Source: Eledone cirrhosa | Taxonomy: Eukaryota | Assembly: GCA_964016885.1 (NCBI GenBank) | Contig: OZ024747.1 | Span: 28,210,001 to 28,274,000, forward strand | Length of the DNA: 64,000 bases | Reading direction: 5' to 3' | Shown here: positions 61,701 to 64,000 of the stretch, piece by piece | Layout of the letters: each line of letters starts with the position of its first letter | Position numbering within the stretch: position 1 is the stretch's first letter | Program-made: the position numbers and the translations under genes | Notes under the pieces: model-generated | What the model saw: the letters and a program-made list of their open reading frames with translations, nothing else | What the model was told of the DNA's origin: nothing | Databases searched by the model: none

Positions 61701-63059
61701 CCAAGCTGTGTACGTTACCCAGAGGAAGGGAAATTAGCTAAAGTGACACTAGAAATGACAGATAACCTTGTACAGTGTTATCTTCCAAAATGTCAAGACA
61801 GACCAACAAAAATGTAAGTATTATTTCTGCTATTTATGAGGGTGCTGTGTTAGCGAGATTTGCAGAATGGTGGACAAAAGGCCTGTAGTATTTATAAATA
61901 CCAGCCAAGTTGTTGGATCTCCATCATTTCCAATAATGTGTGCTCAATCAACAAAAATGCTTACTTGTGAAATTAACCTGTAAGTGGCTGAACATTCTAC
62001 AGACATGTGCACTCTTAACATGGTTCTGGGGGAGATTCAGCATAATACAATGTGTGACAATGCTGGATTTACAAGTACAATTCATTGTTACCAGCTCAGT
62101 GGACAGGAGCAGCATGTAATGAAGTGTCTTGCTCAAGGACACTGCACTGCTCAGACCAGAAATCGATCATGAACTGAACATTCTAACCACTAAACCATGC
62201 TGCTTAACCAGCCAAGTACTGGTGTACATTAAGTCAATTTTCTCCTCACAACTGAAAATAAACTGTATGCCATGTACTTTTAGATTAAATGGTAACATTT
62301 TGAATAGTATTTACCATGTTTGTTTTTTTGTTAAATTTAAAAATCTGTGTGGAATTTTTTATACAGCCTGTAACTATATTATAAAATATACTCTTTGTTT
62401 AGGAAGACAGGTATGGCTCTAATTATGTTAGAAATCATACTATTTATGTAGCAAGGTGTAGTTGTACCTGTAGACAAGAGTGATTCTATGTTAGAAATCA
62501 TACTATTTATGTAGACAGGTGTAGTTTCTATCTATATCGGAGACCATACTATATATTTCTCAAAGTTTTGGAATTTATTCTGACTGAGGGTCGAGAGGAC
62601 TCTTTCAGTTGTGTCAAAGACACAACAACCCAACTTAATAAATGCATCCAGTACACTGGTTTTTTTATAGGAAGGACATCCAACTATAGAAAACTCACCA
62701 AACTGTCATGACAGCCTCTCTAGTGTTAGTGTCATAATAAAATGTACTCTGTGGAGTGCAAGAACACATGTAAGTGAGATCTCCCCACTCCCTCGTCTGG
62801 GAGGTCAGTGGCTCTGATTATGTACTGAATTGGTCTGTAACGACCCATCCGACACATGCTAGTAGGGAAAACGAATGTTAAATGATGATTTTGTTTTTCA
62901 GGTCATGTCTTGGAGTTCTTGGCTGTGAATGGTGTGAAATGCAGGATAAAGATGGAATGATTGTTCCACTGTCCAAATCCCATTGTGCCACCCAAGCCAT
63001 ATGTTTTGGTGGGATACTTGGTGCTGAGACACCTTATGTAGATCAGTTACAACAGCAAT
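33394..63059 (+). CDS. CACHD1: VWFA and cache domain-containing protein 1 (CACHD1) orthologue, 26 coding exons; 5' and 3' ends not in the traced set
   Basis: 26 GT-AG exons splice with consistent phases into one frame containing CACHD1 hallmarks [99 protein letters not shown] and [14 protein letters not shown]; recognised from memory of vertebrate CACHD1. Confidence 0.95.
34791..34939 (+). CDS. CACHD1: CACHD1 traced exon 2
   Basis: tttcag/gtgagt; [20 protein letters not shown]...LNCCNLP. Confidence 0.88.
36412..36882 (+). mobile_element. piggyBac-like MITE (family 2) with a nested SINE fragment
   Basis: Ends TAAACCCTTT... and ...AAAGGGTTAA; related copies near 29117-29568, 37210-37467 and 39355-39546. 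Confidence 0.5.
37042..37148 (+). CDS. CACHD1: CACHD1 traced exon 3
   Basis: ttgtag/gtaagt; [22 protein letters not shown]. Confidence 0.92.
37500..37710. repeat. Degenerate ~30-bp minisatellite
   Basis: Repeated TAGCTATTACTGAGTATATTTACAACAATA-like units. Confidence 0.7.
37747..37885 (+). CDS. CACHD1: CACHD1 traced exon 4
   Basis: tgccag/gtcagt; [14 protein letters not shown]...HDIRHR. Confidence 0.92.
38124..38268 (+). CDS. CACHD1: CACHD1 traced exon 5 (start of VWA domain)
   Basis: ttgcag/gtaagt; [23 protein letters not shown]...SENDY. Confidence 0.94.
38305..38510 (+). mobile_element. tRNA-derived SINE (same family as 29648-29834)
   Basis: A and B boxes plus GCCTTTCATCC core. Confidence 0.75.
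39128..39358 (+). mobile_element. piggyBac-like MITE (family 1)
   Basis: TTAA-CCTTTTAGCATTTA...TAAATGTTAAAGGG-TTAA terminal inverted repeats; inverted homologue at 56896-57108. Confidence 0.7.
39662..39797 (+). CDS. CACHD1: CACHD1 traced exon 6
   Basis: cactag/gtaagt; VGVIGLA...QATYETR...LKKEN. Confidence 0.9.
40097..40168 (+). CDS. CACHD1: CACHD1 traced exon 7
   Basis: ccccag/gtgagt; [15 protein letters not shown]. Confidence 0.9.
40850..40996 (+). CDS. CACHD1: CACHD1 traced exon 8
   Basis: tttcag/gtaagg; VMIMYISRG...[10 protein letters not shown]. Confidence 0.9.
42247..42347 (+). CDS. CACHD1: CACHD1 traced exon 9
   Basis: atacag/gtaagg; [16 protein letters not shown]. Confidence 0.9.
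42409..42635 (+). mobile_element. tRNA-derived SINE (same family as 29648-29834)
   Basis: A and B boxes, GCCTTTCATCC core, (ATT)n end. Confidence 0.78.
43223..43355 (+). CDS. CACHD1: CACHD1 traced exon 10
   Basis: ttttag/gtaagg; KGMMVAIN...TVGQFY...VFSLPYTDE. Confidence 0.92.
43883..44032 (+). CDS. CACHD1: CACHD1 traced exon 11
   Basis: ttgtag/gtaagc; LTMSISQAC...GVVGVD...[10 protein letters not shown]. Confidence 0.93.
44188..44311 (+). CDS. CACHD1: CACHD1 traced exon 12
   Basis: tttcag/gtaatt; [11 protein letters not shown]...[10 protein letters not shown]. Confidence 0.93.
44455..44610. repeat. ~22-bp minisatellite
   Basis: About 7 copies of TACCCCATATATTTCACATCATC-like units. Confidence 0.85.
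45058..45285. repeat. ~120-bp diverged tandem duplication in the CR1 3' UTR
   Basis: Two copies of CAGTGCYCAGGTGCACYACAACTCATCAAA...GAGTCATGATA. Confidence 0.8.
45317..48144 (-). pseudogene. CR1 ORF2 (APE endonuclease + reverse transcriptase), one frameshift near 47080-47095
   Basis: LNARSL, TETW, GGGV, VYRPP, GDFN, LDL, SDH; then [54 protein letters not shown]; track ORFs 46858..48078 and 45317..47080. Confidence 0.93.
48135..49478 (-). pseudogene. CR1 ORF1 (PHD-like zinc finger, repeat/polyQ region, coiled coil, RLG..PR motif) with an in-frame TGA at 48468-48470
   Basis: Track ORF 48468..49478 continues in frame past the TGA as [12 protein letters not shown]...TTLGN* to 48135. Confidence 0.82.
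50244..50266 (-). promoter_or_regulatory. Putative LINE 5' promoter motifs (TATATAA, YY1-like AACATGGCG)
   Basis: Motif match near the inferred 5' end of the CR1 element; function inferred only. Confidence 0.3.
50436..50550 (+). CDS. CACHD1: CACHD1 traced exon 13
   Basis: attcag/gtaata; KDRGREIA...AVYSWRR; phases fit the neighbouring exons. Confidence 0.8.
50600..51025 (+). repeat. Composite SINE-like interspersed repeat with an RTE-type tail
   Basis: Modules GATAAAATGTATCCAGTACACTCTGTAAA and TAGGAAGGACAGCCAGCTGTAGAAA ending in TTAAATGATGAT; related copies near 23750-24030, 41335-41580, 43470-43760 and 62590-62890. Confidence 0.55.
51105..51385 (+). mobile_element. tRNA-derived SINE, second family (CORE-like)
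   Basis: GTGGTTTAGTGGTTAGGGTG head and CCTTGAACAAGACACTTTATTTCAC core; relatives near 21380-21570, 27050-27945 and 61930-62200 (-). Confidence 0.6.
52038..52116 (+). CDS. CACHD1: CACHD1 traced exon 14
   Basis: ctccag/gtaagc; [11 protein letters not shown]. Confidence 0.85.
52791..52877 (+). CDS. CACHD1: CACHD1 traced exon 15
   Basis: gtttag/gtaagt; LVYHRLDLL...[10 protein letters not shown]. Confidence 0.93.
52920..53105. repeat. ~29-bp degenerate minisatellite
   Basis: CATGTGGCATGTTGTGGCCTTGATACTCA-like units. Confidence 0.7.
53290..53605 (+). mobile_element. Degraded RTE 3' fragment with (GAT)n tail
   Basis: TGGTATGGACACATGATGCATATGGATGATGATTGTTGGATGAAGAAGTGCC resembles the [13 protein letters not shown] coding sequence. 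Confidence 0.7.
53857..53999 (+). CDS. CACHD1: CACHD1 traced exon 16
   Basis: ttgcag/gtaggt; [14 protein letters not shown]...[12 protein letters not shown]. Confidence 0.95.
54336..54433 (+). CDS. CACHD1: CACHD1 traced exon 17
   Basis: ttttag/gtaagt; IRNDVAAT...DEW...LNDYIIRR. Confidence 0.94.
54417..54865. repeat. ~23-25-bp degenerate minisatellite starting at the exon/intron junction
   Basis: AGTTATATCATATGGTCATAAGTTC-like units. Confidence 0.8.
55101..55295 (+). CDS. CACHD1: CACHD1 traced exon 18
   Basis: ttacag/gtaagt; YVATPGG...YDPTKRPWF...[18 protein letters not shown]. Confidence 0.96.
55320..55880 (-). mobile_element. Degraded RTE 3' fragment
   Basis: Reverse complement resembles the RTE region from IEVVDS through NEASLLRW to the tail. 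Confidence 0.65.
56114..56236 (+). CDS. CACHD1: CACHD1 traced exon 19
   Basis: ttacag/gtaaga; [18 protein letters not shown]...PAC. Confidence 0.94.
56896..57108 (-). mobile_element. piggyBac-like MITE (family 1), inverted relative to 39128-39358
   Basis: TTAACCCTTTAGCATTTAAA...AAAGAGTTAA; internal homology to 39128-39358. Confidence 0.68.
57431..57530 (+). CDS. CACHD1: CACHD1 traced exon 20
   Basis: ttgtag/gtaagt; [14 protein letters not shown]...[10 protein letters not shown]. Confidence 0.96.
58106..58204 (+). CDS. CACHD1: CACHD1 traced exon 21
   Basis: gtttag/gtaagt; [11 protein letters not shown]...DRTVQRFYN. Confidence 0.96.
58973..59038 (+). CDS. CACHD1: CACHD1 traced exon 22
   Basis: ttctag/gtacgt; [22 protein letters not shown]. 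Confidence 0.95.
59149..59235 (+). CDS. CACHD1: CACHD1 traced exon 23
   Basis: ttctag/gtaagt; [16 protein letters not shown]...FCPCSM. Confidence 0.95.
59320..59551 (+). mobile_element. RTE family B 3' UTR-related fragment with (GAT)n tail
   Basis: Matches 16211-16425. Confidence 0.8.
59499..59880. repeat. 191-bp tandem duplication
   Basis: 59499-59689 and 59690-59880 differ by one visible substitution. Confidence 0.9.
60016..60131 (+). CDS. CACHD1: CACHD1 traced exon 24
   Basis: ttgtag/gtaagt; [31 protein letters not shown]. Confidence 0.97.
60620..61400 (-). mobile_element. Highly degraded LINE (RTE-like) internal fragment
   Basis: Fragmentary peptides [16 protein letters not shown] and [12 protein letters not shown]...AEIFK in mixed frames. 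Confidence 0.4.
61697..61813 (+). CDS. CACHD1: CACHD1 traced exon 25
   Basis: tttcag/gtaagt; NPSC...DNLVQC...C. Confidence 0.9.
62902..63059 (+). CDS. CACHD1: CACHD1 traced exon 26
   Basis: tttcag/gtaagt; [10 protein letters not shown]...[14 protein letters not shown]. Confidence 0.94.
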
Positions 63060-63316
63060 GTAAGTTACAATTATATCCTTATTTTTTTAAGTTTTAAATG
63101 TCCTCACTTCTTTCTTCTCCCTTCCATGCCATCATTATCATCATTATCATTACTACTCTTTTCTTTTTATTACCAATGTCATGTCACTGAAAACTTACTC
63201 TCTGGAACTGCTTGTCTCACATCTATTAATTCCTTCTCCAGGACTTCATGTAATTTCTAACGTAGAAAGTAAGGGTTTTGTTTGTTTTGTTGTTATTTAT
63301 ATTATTGGAATTCTGG

Positions 63317-63516
63317 NNNNNNNNNNNNNNNNNNNNNNNNNNNNNNNNNNNNNNNNNNNNNNNNNNNNNNNNNNNNNNNNNNNNNNNNNNNNNNNNNNNN
63401 NNNNNNNNNNNNNNNNNNNNNNNNNNNNNNNNNNNNNNNNNNNNNNNNNNNNNNNNNNNNNNNNNNNNNNNNNNNNNNNNNNNNNNNNNNNNNNNNNNNN
63501 NNNNNNNNNNNNNNNN
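63317..63516. other. Assembly gap (200 N)
   Basis: Run of N. Confidence 0.99.
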
Positions 63517-64000
63517 ATACTGCTAGATGTCACTCAGTCTCCTCAATGCTACCTCCATAACCCAATATACTGCCAAATGTCACTCAGTCCTCCTCAATTG
63601 CTACCTCCATAACCCAATATACTGCCAAGATGTCACTCAGTCTCCTCAATGCTACCTCCATAACCCAATATACTGCTAGATGTCACTCAGTCTCCTCAAT
63701 GCTACCTCCATAACCCAATATACTGCTAGATGTCACTCAGTCTCCTCAATGCTACCTCCATAACCCAATATACTGCTAGATGTCACTCAGTCTCCTCAAT
63801 GCTACCTCCATAACCCAATATACTGCTAAGATGTCACTCAGTCTCCTCAATGCTACCTCCATAACCCAATATACTGCTAGATGTCACTCAGTCTCCTCAA
63901 TGCTACCTCCATAACCCAATATACTGCTAGATGTCACTCAGTCTCCTCAAAGCTACCTCCATAACCCAATATACTGCTAGATGTCACTCAGTCTCCTCAA
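63517..64000. repeat. 50-bp tandem minisatellite, at least 9 copies, running to the window end
   Basis: Unit ATACTGCTAGATGTCACTCAGTCTCCTCAATGCTACCTCCATAACCCAAT. Confidence 0.95.

Noticed and set aside
63517-64000. CRISPR-like array
   Set aside because: Head-to-tail identical units with no unique spacers, in a eukaryotic intron and with no cas genes

Overview
AT-rich, repeat-dense animal genomic DNA. An octopod cephalopod is likely, inferred from the SINE/RTE repertoire and giant (TA)n arrays. The first ~21 kb is a nest of retroelements embedded in ~12 kb of (TA)n/(TATG)n microsatellite. It holds two RTE-clade LINEs, both with a PHD finger inserted inside the RT domain. It also holds a 5'-truncated Penelope-like element (RT end + GIY-YIG) with an inverted pseudo-LTR, and a non-coding fold-back element carrying a canonical type I hammerhead ribozyme. 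A second canonical hammerhead, with a ~107-nt insert in stem II, lies at 28.4-28.5 kb. From 33394 to 63059 on + I traced 26 phase-compatible GT-AG coding exons of a CACHD1 orthologue (VWA + dCache, alpha2delta-like). The first coding exon and the TM/cytoplasmic exons were not found in the window. One CACHD1 intron holds an apparently full-length antisense CR1-clade LINE. Its ATG-less ORF2 is joined to ORF1 by a G_GGA_AAC -1 slippery site followed by a perfect 15-bp hairpin. The long Y/I/M/C-rich ORFs in the track are microsatellite artefacts. All calls come from reading the sequence; no searches or folding programs were run.
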